From positions 160,662 through 224,661 of the forward strand of contig JANQEK010000037.1 in NCBI GenBank assembly GCA_028278405.1: 64,000 bases of DNA, read 5' to 3'. Shown here one piece after another: positions 46,049 to 56,661 of the stretch. Below the pieces are notes generated by a model, which was not told the origin of the DNA, did no database searches, and worked only from the letters and a program-made list of their open reading frames with translations. This DNA is from Nitrospinaceae bacterium (GTDB taxonomy: Bacteria > Nitrospinota > Nitrospinia > Nitrospinales > Nitrospinaceae). The number at the start of each line of letters is the position of its first letter. Within the stretch, counting starts at the first letter, position 1. A program made the translations under genes and the position numbers.

Positions 46049-48388
46049 ATGGAACGCAAATACGGTTATGGAGAATGGGTGATCCGCTTCCGCTGGTGGA
46101 TCATTCTGGCCACCTTGTTGTTTGTGGTGGCCACCGCAAGCGGCGCCCGGTTTCTGGATTTTTCCTCAGACTACCGGGTGTTTTTCAGTGAAGAAAATCC
46201 GCAGTTGAAAGCCTTCGACGCCCTGCAGAACACCTACACCAAAAATGACAACGTTATGATTGCGCTGGCCCCGAAAGACGGCCAGGTGTTCACCCGTGAG
46301 AATCTGGCTGCGGTGGAGGAATTAACGAAACAGGCCTGGCAGATTCCGTATTCCATTCGAGTGGAGTCGATAACTAATTTCCAGCATTCCTGGGCGGATG
46401 GGGATGGTCTGGTGGTGGAAGACTTGGTCAAGAATGCAGCAGGCCTGCCGGATCTCTACCTGGAACGGATCAAGAAGGTTGCTTTGTCAGAACCCTTACT
46501 GGTCAATCGCCTGGTTTCGCCGACAGCGCACGTGACCGGAATCAATGTCACCATCAATCTCCCCGGAAAAACCATCACCGAGGTTCCGGAAGTGGCGGCA
46601 TTTGTTCGCTCCATGGTCGATGATTTCCGCTCGAGCCATCCTAATTTTAATGTCTATCTCACCGGCGTGGCTATGATCAACAACCAGTTCGTGGAAGCCG
46701 GTCAGCAGGATATGCAGACGCTGGTTCCCGCCATGTTTCTGTTGATCGCAGTCGGCATGTGGGTGGCTCTCCGCTCATTAGCGGGTACCGTGTCCACGCT
46801 GGTGTTGATCGGTATGGCCACTGTGACAGCCCTGGGGGTTGGAGGGTGGTGGGGTATTTTGCTCACTCCTGTTTCCGCCAACGCCCCTGTTTATATTCTC
46901 ACCATGGCAGTGGCGGACAGCATTCATATTCTGATCACCCTGTTTCATGAAATGCGTCACGGCAAAACCAAAAACGAGGCCATTATTGAATCGCTTCGCG
47001 TCAATTTCAAACCGGTGTTCATCACCAGCCTGACCACAGCGATTGGTTTCCTGAGTTTGAACTTCAGCGACTCGCCTCCCTATTGGGATTTGGGAAATAT
47101 GGTGGCTGTTGGAGTGATGGCGGCATTTGTGTATTCCGTTCTCTTCCTGCCGGCGCTCATGTCCGTTGTGCCGCTGTCGAAGAAAACCAGTGAGCCCAGG
47201 AAGAATGGAACCATGGACCGGCTTGCAGATTTCGTGATTCACCACCGCAATCGCCTGTACTGGAGCATGCTCGCAGTGATCGTTGCGCTGGCGGTGTTTA
47301 TTCCGCGCATTCAGATCAATGATTTGTTTGAGGAATACTTTGATCATCGCTACACCTTCCGCACCGATACGGATTTCGTAACCCAGAACCTCACCGGATT
47401 CGAGTCCATTGAATACTCATTAAGTGCAGGAGAAGCGGAAGGTATCAGCAAGCCGGAATACCTCGCCAAGCTGGAAGAGTTCAAGGAATGGTATCGCCAG
47501 CAACCCAACGTCATGTATGTGGGAGTGTTAACCGATATCATGAAACGGTTGAACAAAAACATGCACGGGGATGATTCCCTGTACTACGAAATCCCAAAAA
47601 ACCGGGAGTTGTCGGCACAGTATCTGCTGCTGTTTGAAATGAGCTTGCCGTATGGTCTGGATTTGAACAACCAAATCAACGTCAGCAAATCGGCCACCCG
47701 GTTTACGGTGATTTTTAAAGAGATCAACACCCAGACCGCTCTGGCGCTGGAAGAAAAAGCACAGGCCTGGCTCAAGGAAAACGGTCTGCCCGGAATGCAG
47801 ACCCATGGGGCCAGTCCCTTGATCATGTTTTCCAACATTGCTCTCAGAAACGTCGAAAGCATGATCAGCGGAACCGCGCTGGCGCTGGTTCTGATCTCCG
47901 GAATCCTGATGGTGGCCCTGCGCAGTTTCAAGTTCGGTCTCATCAGTCTGGTGCCCAATCTGGTACCGGCGTTCATGGCCTTCGGTTTATGGGCGCTCAT
48001 TTTTAAGGAGATCGGGATGGCCGTCTCGGTGGTGATCGCTCTGTCTCTCGGAGTCATCGTCGACGATACCGTTCACTTCCTGAGCAAATACCTGTTGGCA
48101 CGGCGCGAGCAGGGCAAAACTCCTGAGGAAGCCGTGCGCTATTCGTTTCACACCGTGGGTATGGCGTTGTGGGTGACATCCATCGTTCTGGTCACCGGTT
48201 TTCTGGTGCTGGCTTCGTCCGGATTCACCATCAATTCCCACATGGGATACCTGACGGCCATCACCATCGGTTTTGCCCTTGTGGCGGACTTTTTGTTCCT
48301 GCCGCCGTTGTTGATGAAAATTGAAGAAAAGTGGGGATTGGGTATCAAGGTTCCCGCAAAACTAAATCCCGCCCGGGTGCCGGCATAA
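46049..48388 (+). CDS. RND-superfamily exporter, MMPL/HpnN-like (COG1033 type), paralog 2
   Basis: AAGGAGA SD. It is colinear with paralog 1 and roughly three quarters of residues are identical by eye. A 41-nt run is identical at 46069-46109 and 42076-42116. Confidence 0.85.
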   Translation: MERKYGYGEWVIRFRWWIILATLLFVVATASGARFLDFSSDYRVFFSEENPQLKAFDALQNTYTKNDNVMIALAPKDGQVFTRENLAAVEELTKQAWQIPYSIRVESITNFQHSWADGDGLVVEDLVKNAAGLPDLYLERIKKVALSEPLLVNRLVSPTAHVTGINVTINLPGKTITEVPEVAAFVRSMVDDFRSSHPNFNVYLTGVAMINNQFVEAGQQDMQTLVPAMFLLIAVGMWVALRSLAGTVSTLVLIGMATVTALGVGGWWGILLTPVSANAPVYILTMAVADSIHILITLFHEMRHGKTKNEAIIESLRVNFKPVFITSLTTAIGFLSLNFSDSPPYWDLGNMVAVGVMAAFVYSVLFLPALMSVVPLSKKTSEPRKNGTMDRLADFVIHHRNRLYWSMLAVIVALAVFIPRIQINDLFEEYFDHRYTFRTDTDFVTQNLTGFESIEYSLSAGEAEGISKPEYLAKLEEFKEWYRQQPNVMYVGVLTDIMKRLNKNMHGDDSLYYEIPKNRELSAQYLLLFEMSLPYGLDLNNQINVSKSATRFTVIFKEINTQTALALEEKAQAWLKENGLPGMQTHGASPLIMFSNIALRNVESMISGTALALVLISGILMVALRSFKFGLISLVPNLVPAFMAFGLWALIFKEIGMAVSVVIALSLGVIVDDTVHFLSKYLLARREQGKTPEEAVRYSFHTVGMALWVTSIVLVTGFLVLASSGFTINSHMGYLTAITIGFALVADFLFLPPLLMKIEEKWGLGIKVPAKLNPARVPA

Positions 48389-48448
48389 AGCCGGCCGCGG
48401 GCTCAACACATAACAAAAACCATGCATTCAAACCAAAAGGAGAACGTC

Positions 48449-49243
48449 ATGAATATTTCAAGAGCTTTAATCATCAGTTTGTTATTGGCTGGAGCGGCTT
48501 TCCCGCTTTCGGCGTCTGCGATGACCCCGGATCAAAAGGGGCTGGCGATCGCAGTGGAGGACGACAAAAGGGACAATGGTTTCCTGGATTATAAAGCGGA
48601 TGCCATCATGGTCCTCAAAAACCGGCAGGGGGATGAAAGTACCCGATATCTCCGTTTCAAAACGCTCGAGGTTCAAGGTGATGGAGATAAAAACTTGACC
48701 ATTTTTGACCGTCCACGCGACATCAAAAAAACGGCTTTTCTGAATTTTACACACCCGCTGGGAGACGACGACCAGTGGTTATACCTGCCCGCTCTGAAAA
48801 GAGTCAAGCGCATCAGTTCTTCCAACAAATCGGGTCCGTTTGTGGGAAGCGAGTTTGCTTATGAAGACATCACCAGCCAGGAAGTGAAGAAATACACTTA
48901 CAAATGGCTCCGGGATGAAGAGTACAGGGGTCAGAAAAGTTTTGTGGTCGAGCAGGTACCGGCTTATGAAAACTCGGGCTACACGCGACGTGTGGTTTGG
49001 ATTGATCAGGACAAATACCGCACGCTCAAAGTCGATTTTTATGACCGCAAAAATGCCCTGCTCAAAACTCTGACCTACGCCGGGTATCAAAAATATTTGA
49101 ATCAATACTGGTACCCGGATGAAATGTATATGGTCAATCATCAAACCGGAAAAAGCACCCGGCTGATTTGGAAAAATTATACGTTTCGCACTGGACTTTC
49201 AAACAAACACTTCAATAAAAACAGCCTGAAGAGGGCTCGCTAG
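48449..49243 (+). CDS. Outer-membrane lipoprotein-sorting (LolA-like) protein, paralog 2
   Basis: AAAGGAG SD and signal peptide MNISRALIISLLLAGAAFPLSASA. It is colinear with paralog 1 (DDQWLYLPALKRVKRISSSNKSGPFVGSEFAYEDI), and both end in NKNSLKRAR. Confidence 0.8.
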   Translation: MNISRALIISLLLAGAAFPLSASAMTPDQKGLAIAVEDDKRDNGFLDYKADAIMVLKNRQGDESTRYLRFKTLEVQGDGDKNLTIFDRPRDIKKTAFLNFTHPLGDDDQWLYLPALKRVKRISSSNKSGPFVGSEFAYEDITSQEVKKYTYKWLRDEEYRGQKSFVVEQVPAYENSGYTRRVVWIDQDKYRTLKVDFYDRKNALLKTLTYAGYQKYLNQYWYPDEMYMVNHQTGKSTRLIWKNYTFRTGLSNKHFNKNSLKRAR

Positions 49244-49289
49244 TTAAGGACCTATTCTTAATAACAAAATAATGTAAAGGAGATTCATA

Positions 49290-50039
49290 ATGGAAATCAA
49301 AGACTCTATTGCTTTCGTCACAGGCGCCAACCGGGGAATCGGCAAGTCTTACGTGAAATCCTTGCTCGACCACGGAGCCAAGAAAGTCTATGCCGGCATG
49401 CGTGATGTTGGCGCATTCAATGCGATTGCCTCTGAATGGCCGGAGCAACACAGAGGAAAAGTAGAGCCGGTAGCAATCGATATCACAAAAGAAGATCATA
49501 TCCAGTCTGCTGTTGCCAAGGCGGGGGATGTGAATTTGCTGATTAACAATGCCGGTATCGCTAATTTTGCAGGGTTGATCGCAGCGGACAATCTGGACGA
49601 CGCCCGTCAGGAAATGGAGGTCAATTATTTTGGAACCTTAATGGTAAGCCGTGCGTTTGCCCCCGTTCTGAAAAAGAATGGCGGCGGAGCGTTGGTCAAC
49701 ATCCTGTCTGTCGCCAGTCTGGGAAATTTTCCGGTGCTGGGATCCTACTCCGCTTCCAAAGCGGCTCTGCACTCTTTGACTCAAGGCATACGTGCGGAGT
49801 TGGCGGCGCAGGGCACTCAGGTGTTCGGGGTATTCCCGGGGCCCATCGAAACGGATATGGCGAAAGACTTCGACATGGAAAAAAGTTCGCCCGACCTTAT
49901 CGCGGATGGAACATTGAAAGGGATTGAGCGGGGAGAAGAAGATATTTTTGTCGATCCCATGGCCGTTCAGTTTCGCAAGGATTACTTTGCCGATCCCAAG
50001 GCCCTTGAGGCGCAATTGTCAAACTTTCATCCTAATTAA
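49290..50039 (+). CDS. SDR-family (short-chain dehydrogenase/reductase) oxidoreductase
   Basis: Cofactor motif VTGANRGIGKS, NNAG, and the catalytic YSASKAAL. Confidence 0.85.
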   Translation: MEIKDSIAFVTGANRGIGKSYVKSLLDHGAKKVYAGMRDVGAFNAIASEWPEQHRGKVEPVAIDITKEDHIQSAVAKAGDVNLLINNAGIANFAGLIAADNLDDARQEMEVNYFGTLMVSRAFAPVLKKNGGGALVNILSVASLGNFPVLGSYSASKAALHSLTQGIRAELAAQGTQVFGVFPGPIETDMAKDFDMEKSSPDLIADGTLKGIERGEEDIFVDPMAVQFRKDYFADPKALEAQLSNFHPN

Positions 50040-50123
50040 AGGCACACACAGATGGAGTAAATTATGGCAAAATATTTCAGAACGTAAAATGGAGATCGTT
50101 AAATTCACAATCAAACATCTTTT

Positions 50124-51344
50124 ATGAAAAGATTTCTTTTGCCTTGCCTGGCGATGATTGGGTTGCTGGTTTTGGTGGTGGAACGTTCGGCATCCGGGCA
50201 TGAATTATCCGGGTATGTGGAGGGTGAAGTCCGGTTGTTTCCGGAGAACCCCAACTTTCCCAGGCAGCGGGATCAGTCGGCGTCCTTTGCTGTCAAGCCG
50301 GAATACTATCACGAGTTCGAAAGTGGAAGCAGTTTCACCTTCGTTCCGTTCTTTCGTTTGGACAGCGCCGACTCCAAGCGAACCCATTTCGATGTACGCG
50401 AACTCACCTATCTCTGGTTACACGACGATTTCGAGCTGCGTCTCGGAGTCCGTAAGGAGTTTTGGGGAGTGACCGAGGTTCTGCATCTGGTCGACATCAT
50501 CAACCAGACCGATCTGGTGGAGAACTTCGATGGTGAGCAGAAGCTGGGACAACCGATGGTGAACCTTTCAATTGCCCGCGATTGGGGAACACTGGACCTG
50601 TTCGTCCTGCCCTTTTTCCGGGAACGCACGTTTCCCGGTCAAAAAGGCCGCCTGCGGTTCAATCTGGTGGTGGACACCGACCAGGCCCAATATGAAAGCG
50701 CTGCCGAGGAATGGCACACCGATTGGGCCGCACGCTACAGCCACACCCTGGGCGATTGGGATGCCGGGATTTATTATTTCATCGGCACCAGTCGCGACCC
50801 TTCTTTTACTTTTGGAACTGATGGGCCGGGTAACCCTGTTATTCTTCCCGTGTATCAGCAGATTCAGCAAACCGGTCTGGATGTTTCCTACGTAGCAGGT
50901 AACTGGTTGTGGAAACTGGAAGCGTTATATCGCAAAGGTCAGGGCGACCGCCGGGGATTGACGCGCAATGATTATGTCGCCGCCACCGGAGGGTTCGAAT
51001 ACACATTCACAGGAATTTTTGATTCCCGTATGGACCTGGGGGTGGTCGCGGAATATCTATTTGACGACCGCAAGGATTTTGCCCTTACGCCGTTCGAAAA
51101 TGATGTGGCGGGAGCCCTGCGACTGGCAGTGAACGACGCCGCCAGCACGGAAGTTTTGTTCGGATGGGTGCAGGATATCGATACGGATGCCCGTTTCATA
51201 TTTCTCGAAGCGAGTCGCCGTCTGGGTGACGATTGGACTCTGGAACTGGAACTCAGGACATTTCTGGACCAACCTCCGGCGGCCTTCCTGTTTGCTCTTC
51301 GCGACGACGACCTGCTTCAACTGGTCCTGCAATACCATTTTTGA
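50124..51344 (+). CDS. Putative outer-membrane beta-barrel protein of unknown function
   Basis: Signal peptide MKRFLLPCLAMIGLLVLVV. Alternating aromatic/hydrophilic strand pattern throughout. The C-terminus is LQLVLQYHF with a terminal Phe. No named family recognised. Confidence 0.55.
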   Translation: MKRFLLPCLAMIGLLVLVVERSASGHELSGYVEGEVRLFPENPNFPRQRDQSASFAVKPEYYHEFESGSSFTFVPFFRLDSADSKRTHFDVRELTYLWLHDDFELRLGVRKEFWGVTEVLHLVDIINQTDLVENFDGEQKLGQPMVNLSIARDWGTLDLFVLPFFRERTFPGQKGRLRFNLVVDTDQAQYESAAEEWHTDWAARYSHTLGDWDAGIYYFIGTSRDPSFTFGTDGPGNPVILPVYQQIQQTGLDVSYVAGNWLWKLEALYRKGQGDRRGLTRNDYVAATGGFEYTFTGIFDSRMDLGVVAEYLFDDRKDFALTPFENDVAGALRLAVNDAASTEVLFGWVQDIDTDARFIFLEASRRLGDDWTLELELRTFLDQPPAAFLFALRDDDLLQLVLQYHF

Positions 51345-51365
51345 TTTGTCAGCATCTGACAGGAA

Positions 51366-52277
51366 TCATTCCTGAAAATCCGGTTCTACAAACTGCCATT
51401 TGATTTCGGGAAACCGTTTCCGGATTTCGTCTTCCATCTGGTTGATGGTCTTGATCAGTTCGCTGACGTCTTTTATATTTCCGGGAGTGATCTTGAAGCT
51501 GACCAGCACTTCGCCGTCGCCCGTTTGCAAAGCCAGAAATCGTAGGACACGGCCGTTAGGAATATGGCCCCGCACCAGCGATTCAATGTGGGGGTGGTAG
51601 TCTTTGCTGGGGGCTTCCCCGATGATCAACGATTTGATTTCGCGCGCCAGCAGGATCGCCAGACCGACCAGTAGACAGCCGATCAGGATGGAACCATAAG
51701 CGTCGAATGCGGGATTATCCAGCACCCAGGAAAGGGTAATGCAAACGGTGGCAATTATCAGACCTACCAGCGCCCCCGCATCTTCGGTAAAAATAACCAA
51801 CAAGCCGGCAGAGGTGGTTTTACGGAACCAGGTCCACAAATCGTGGAACGGATTCGTCTTCCGAACCTCTTTGAAACAAACGAAAAAGGAATAGCCCTCC
51901 AGCAGAATGCTGAATCCCAAAATACCAAGGGCCAGCATCGGGTTGTGTATGGGTTCGGGTTCAGTCAGTTTGTGAACTCCTTCGTAGATGGCGAACAATC
52001 CGCCCAGCGAAAACAACAGAATGCTCACGACAAACGACCAGAAAAAGGTTTCACGTCCGTATCCCAGGGGATGGGCATCATCCGGCGGTTTTTTGGAGGA
52101 TTTTTCTCCCAGCAGGAGAAGTGCCTGATTGGAGGAGTCGACCACGCTGTGAATGGCTTCGGCCATTAGTGCGGAACTTTTGGAAAAATACGCGCCGACA
52201 AATTTGGCCAGAGCGATACTCAGGTTCGCAATCATCGCGATGAGAATTACTTTTATGGAACCGGAACCTGAACTCAT
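51366..52277 (-). CDS. Cation diffusion facilitator (CDF) family transporter
   Basis: N-terminal TM region has the CDF signature (ALMAEAIHSVVDSSNQ, HPLGYGRETFFWSF). A C-terminal cytoplasmic domain is present. Confidence 0.85.
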   Translation of the reverse strand: MSSGSGSIKVILIAMIANLSIALAKFVGAYFSKSSALMAEAIHSVVDSSNQALLLLGEKSSKKPPDDAHPLGYGRETFFWSFVVSILLFSLGGLFAIYEGVHKLTEPEPIHNPMLALGILGFSILLEGYSFFVCFKEVRKTNPFHDLWTWFRKTTSAGLLVIFTEDAGALVGLIIATVCITLSWVLDNPAFDAYGSILIGCLLVGLAILLAREIKSLIIGEAPSKDYHPHIESLVRGHIPNGRVLRFLALQTGDGEVLVSFKITPGNIKDVSELIKTINQMEDEIRKRFPEIKWQFVEPDFQE

Positions 52278-52473
52278 AATTTTGGGAAAGGGGTTAGAAA
52301 CTCAAAGATGGGCACCTTTAAAAGAATCAGTCAAATGCTTCGATTTTTCAAGAAATAAATTAAGAAGGTGATGTCATTTAAAAAGATGTAATCATTGGAT
52401 ACAAAAAGCGACCTATAATCTGAATACGAGGAATCGGATTATATACCATAAATCAAAAATGAGGATTACTCCG

Positions 52474-52896
52474 ATGGGAAAAACATATCAGACTGCTGTC
52501 ATCAATGCGCCCGTAGACCGGGTGTGGAGCAGGATCCGAAACTTCCATGATTTGTCATGGGGGTCCGCCGTGGTCGAAAAGTGTGAAGCGGTAGGGAAGA
52601 AACCGGGAGACCAGGTTGGGGCCGGCCGTATTTTAAACGACGCGTTTCACGAAACTCTTGTGGAATTCAGCGAGTTGAACCGGTCTTTTAAGTATTCGAT
52701 CGACGATGGACCTGCACCGGTTTCGAAAAATGATGTGAAAGATTATATTGGATCGGTTCGGTTGATACCGATTACTGACAACGACACCTGTCTCATAGAG
52801 TGGTCTTCCAGCTGGGAATCAGCGACGGATGATGCCTGCGAATTTTGCCACAATATTTATGTCGCGTTGATCGACGAACTCAAGAAGGCGTTTTAA
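52474..52896 (+). CDS. SRPBCC-family (Bet v1/polyketide cyclase-like) protein
   Basis: The N-terminus TAVINAPVDRVWSRIRNFHDLSW is typical of the family. GAGGA lies 8 nt upstream of the ATG at 52474. The ORF opens at 52459. Confidence 0.7.
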   Translation: MGKTYQTAVINAPVDRVWSRIRNFHDLSWGSAVVEKCEAVGKKPGDQVGAGRILNDAFHETLVEFSELNRSFKYSIDDGPAPVSKNDVKDYIGSVRLIPITDNDTCLIEWSSSWESATDDACEFCHNIYVALIDELKKAF

Positions 52897-55089
52897 TTAT
52901 TCCTTTTCCAGAGATACCTCAATGGACTTGAAGGAAGGCGTTCTGGATTGGGGATCGGCGGACCGCGGCACCAGCACGTTGGCTTCGGGAAAATACATCA
53001 TGATGTTGCCCGGGGTGATGGGGTAGGAGACCAGTTTCTGTCCCGGCAGCGATCCGGTCGTGTTGTGTACTTTGACCGAGTCATTTTCCTGCCAACCTCT
53101 TTGTTTCATGTCCTCCGGATTCATCAGCACTACATCGCGCGAGTTCACCCCACGGAATTTATCCCGAGTTTCATAAACCACCGTATTGAATTGCCCCTCC
53201 GATCGCACTGTCATCATTCTGAAATGATTTGTTTTTAACGGAGCAACATCCATCTTCGGGACTTTGAACGCGGCTTTGCCGTTGACCGAGGGAAACCGGG
53301 CTTGATGCAGGATACGGCCTTCGATATGAAACTCCTTGCGTGTCCGGTCGATCTCCTGCATGGGCTTCATGCCTTTGACCACCGAACCGATCACCTGCCG
53401 GATGTTCGACGTATGCTGGAATTCCTTCCAGGGGATGGGGCTGTCGGGCAGAACCCTGCGGGCAATTTCCGCAATCACTTCCACTTCGCTCTTCAAACCG
53501 GGAAACCGTGACGGGCCGCCGTCGCTCATCCGCACAAAACTGAACATGCTTTCCTGCGTCGTCGGTTCGGGCTCCTCGTCGCGTGCCAGCACGGGAAGGA
53601 TGAGAGTGGTTTTTCCGCGTCCCAGGAAATGACTGGGATTCAAGGTCGTGTTCATATAAAGAACAAAACCGATCTTCGACATCGCCTCTTCGGCAAAGCG
53701 GGAATCGGGATTCGATCCGTAAAGATTACCGCCGAGGTTCCAGGCGAAATCGAACCCACCCTTGTGCGCGGTTTCCATGCAGGCCAGGGTATCCATTCCC
53801 TTACCGGTCGGCAGGTGAATGCCGTAAGCGGATTCCAGATTGTTCATAAACTCCTGTTTCAACTGTGGAGTGAAGCCGATGGTGCCGATGCCCTGCACGT
53901 TGCTGTGTCCGCGCAGGGGAAGCAGCCCTGCATGTTCGCGTCCCACCATTCCGCGCAGAAGCGCCAGGTTGACGATGGCCTGAACGCCTTCGACTCCGTT
54001 GGCATGATGGGTGATGCCCATGGCCCAGGCGAACACCACGTTTTTCGCCTTCGCATAATATTGTGCGAGTTGTTCCATTTGGTCCCGAGGTACTCCGGAC
54101 AGCAATTGTAGTTCCTCCCACGAGGAATTTTTCACGTATTGCCGGTACTCCTCGAAGTGATCGGTATGTTCGTCAATAAAAACCCGATCCAGTATCGCGG
54201 GTTGGCTGTCTGCCATTTGAAACAGTGCTTTGGCGATACCGGTACAAAGCGGCAAGTCGCCGTTGATGTGGGGTTGAACATAGGTACTGGCAATTTTAGA
54301 ACCGAACAACAGACTCCGGGTATCCGATGGGACGTAAAATTTCTCCAGGCCCCGTTCCCGTGCCGGGTTGATAACGACTACTTTCCCGCCGCGTCTGCGG
54401 ATATCCATTAAGGTGCGCATAAAACGCGGATGGTTGGATGACGGGTTGGCTCCGATTAGAAAGATGAGGTCGGTATGATCGAGATCGTCCAACTGAATGG
54501 TTGCTGTTCCCGTTCCGAGGCTTTGTGACAGGCCGACACCCGACGCCTGATGGCAGTAATAGGAACAGTTGTTGACATTGTTGGTGCCGAACACGCGCGC
54601 GAACAATTGCAAAATGAACCCGGCTTCATTGGAGGAGCGTCCGCTGGCATAGAAAAAGGAGCGGTCTGCAGGGGCTTTTGCCAATGCATTCACCACCTGA
54701 TCCAACGCTTCTTCCCAGGAAATATGGCGGTAATGTGAATCACCGGGAGCGCACAAAACGGGGGTGGTCAGACGTCCGCTGTATTCCAGTTCCAGGGGTG
54801 TGCGGGATTTGAGCTCGGCGATGGAGTGTTGTTGAAAGAAATCTTCCGGAAGGGCGGGTTGAAGGTCGGATGCCTGCGCCCAGATCGCTTTTTTACACAC
54901 TGAGGGGAATAGACCCTTTTCATCGCGCATGCCCCCCTTTTGTCCACCCATGCCTAAGGCGCAGCTTTTGCAGCTATTCTTTGACAGCAGGGATTTCAGC
55001 ATCCCCCAGGGGCCCACCTTGAACGCCTGCTTCATCGAAAACAGAATGGAATCCCATCCCGCAATTCTTTCCGGAATTTTGGACGACAT
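52897..55089 (-). CDS. FdhF/YdeP-family molybdopterin oxidoreductase
   Basis: It is colinear by eye with E. coli YdeP. Shared features are the N-terminal Cys cluster region (CKSCALGMGG...VCKK), FYASGRSSNEAGFILQLFARVFGTNNVNNCSYYCHQAS, GANPSSNHPR and PLRGHSNVQG. Confidence 0.85.
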   Translation of the reverse strand: MSSKIPERIAGWDSILFSMKQAFKVGPWGMLKSLLSKNSCKSCALGMGGQKGGMRDEKGLFPSVCKKAIWAQASDLQPALPEDFFQQHSIAELKSRTPLELEYSGRLTTPVLCAPGDSHYRHISWEEALDQVVNALAKAPADRSFFYASGRSSNEAGFILQLFARVFGTNNVNNCSYYCHQASGVGLSQSLGTGTATIQLDDLDHTDLIFLIGANPSSNHPRFMRTLMDIRRRGGKVVVINPARERGLEKFYVPSDTRSLLFGSKIASTYVQPHINGDLPLCTGIAKALFQMADSQPAILDRVFIDEHTDHFEEYRQYVKNSSWEELQLLSGVPRDQMEQLAQYYAKAKNVVFAWAMGITHHANGVEGVQAIVNLALLRGMVGREHAGLLPLRGHSNVQGIGTIGFTPQLKQEFMNNLESAYGIHLPTGKGMDTLACMETAHKGGFDFAWNLGGNLYGSNPDSRFAEEAMSKIGFVLYMNTTLNPSHFLGRGKTTLILPVLARDEEPEPTTQESMFSFVRMSDGGPSRFPGLKSEVEVIAEIARRVLPDSPIPWKEFQHTSNIRQVIGSVVKGMKPMQEIDRTRKEFHIEGRILHQARFPSVNGKAAFKVPKMDVAPLKTNHFRMMTVRSEGQFNTVVYETRDKFRGVNSRDVVLMNPEDMKQRGWQENDSVKVHNTTGSLPGQKLVSYPITPGNIMMYFPEANVLVPRSADPQSRTPSFKSIEVSLEKE

Positions 55090-55265
55090 AAAAAATTTCC
55101 TTAGTCTTTGAAGCTGAAAGCCTCACACTTAAAATTATATCCTTTTAATAGAATATCAAGAAAAAGATCGAGTTTTGTAAATTAGAATTTATGGATATAA
55201 TGTGGGCTCACATTGCCTGTTTTTTGCTTCTAAATAGAGTCCCAGCGGAATAAGGAGGAGATGAT

Positions 55266-55517
55266 ATGGACAAAAGAACGGTTCTCGTTGTTTTAGTCGT
55301 CAGCCTGATCGGCTGTACCGCTTTAAAACAGAGGTTTGGGACGGGGGTGGAAACTCCCGAACTGAAGGCGGCGCGTTCCGAATGCCGTGCCATGGCAAAA
55401 AAGGAAGCCATTGAGAAATATGAGAGTAAGATCAGCCAGCAGGAACATACTCGTATTGCCTTTGAAGCCTGTATGGAAAAAAAAGGTTATAACCGGTTAG
55501 GAAAGAAAGTAAAGTAG
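55266..55517 (+). CDS. Small lipoprotein of unknown function (83 aa)
   Basis: AGGAGGAG SD and lipobox VSLIGC. The mature part is charged and helical. Confidence 0.55.
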   Translation: MDKRTVLVVLVVSLIGCTALKQRFGTGVETPELKAARSECRAMAKKEAIEKYESKISQQEHTRIAFEACMEKKGYNRLGKKVK

Positions 55518-55583
55518 AGAGTGCCGCCTTCATTTAATACCGTTCTTCAACGGTTCCCTTTCTTACGGTGGGTTTCCCGAAGA

Positions 55584-56525
55584 TTATTTGAGATTGGCTT
55601 GCGCCGGACTGGGTTGGGCGAAGAAGTCGAACGTATTTTTCAGGCCTTCATCCAAAGGTTCAACCGGCTTCCAGTCATGATCCCGATTGAATTTTCCATA
55701 ATCAATGGAACTGCGGCGCTGTTCTCCCATGCGGGGCGGGTTGTGTTGGGGAGAAAGAACCTTGCCCGAAGCTTTGATCAGGCTCGCGGCAATGATGTTG
55801 ACGGATGTTTCTTCACCGGTCCCGACGTTGTAAGTGCCGGTGCAGTTTTCCGATAGCGCCTTCAAGTTGGCGTTCACCACATCGAATACCGATACAAAGT
55901 CACGTGTCTGTTCCCCATCTCCAAAAATGACGGGTTGTTGGTCCTTCAGGAGTTGCTTGCAGAAAATGGCCACCACGCCCGCTTCTCCATGAGGGTCCTG
56001 CCGCGGTCCGTAGACATTGCTGTAACGCAGAATAGCAGGCTGGATATTGAAATTTTCCCGATAATAATTCAAGTATCGCTCCACAGTGAGCTTGGCGATG
56101 CCGTAAGGACTCATCGGGTTTGTGGGGTGTTCCTCGTTCGCAGGATAATAATCCTGCTCTCCGTAAAGAGCGCCTCCAGTTGAAGCAAAAATGAATTTAC
56201 TTACCTTGTGAGTGGCGGCAAGTTGCAATAGTTTTAAACTGCCAACGATGTTAATTTCGGCGTCGAATGCCGGGTTCGCTACGGATTGAGTGACGGAAAT
56301 TTGCGCGGCATGATGGTTGATGGCCTCGATATTCTCCTGTTCGAAGATATCTTTTATCTTGGGATCCATCAGGTCGAGAGCATAAAATGCCGCATCCGGA
56401 TGTACCTGCTCCCGTTTTCCGGTGGACAGGTTGTCCAGAATCACCACACGGTGACCTTCTTGAATGTAAGCATCGACGATGTGCGAACCGATAAAGCCGG
56501 CACCGCCGGTAACCAGTATGTTCAT
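55584..56525 (-). CDS. NAD-dependent sugar-nucleotide epimerase/dehydratase (GalE-like, extended SDR)
   Basis: MNILVTGGAGFIGSH Rossmann motif and catalytic YGIAK (YxxxK). Substrate specificity cannot be read from the sequence. Confidence 0.85.
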   Translation of the reverse strand: MNILVTGGAGFIGSHIVDAYIQEGHRVVILDNLSTGKREQVHPDAAFYALDLMDPKIKDIFEQENIEAINHHAAQISVTQSVANPAFDAEINIVGSLKLLQLAATHKVSKFIFASTGGALYGEQDYYPANEEHPTNPMSPYGIAKLTVERYLNYYRENFNIQPAILRYSNVYGPRQDPHGEAGVVAIFCKQLLKDQQPVIFGDGEQTRDFVSVFDVVNANLKALSENCTGTYNVGTGEETSVNIIAASLIKASGKVLSPQHNPPRMGEQRRSSIDYGKFNRDHDWKPVEPLDEGLKNTFDFFAQPSPAQANLK

Positions 56526-56661
56526 ATGGGAACAGGAGTTGCTGGATATATGTTCTTTTCACTAGTATAAGGTATGTGCGTCGAGTATGCGGAAAAAATA
56601 TGGAGTGTTTTTCCATGTTGAAAAATGGATTGTATAGAAAAGGCGGGTCGAACGGGAATCC

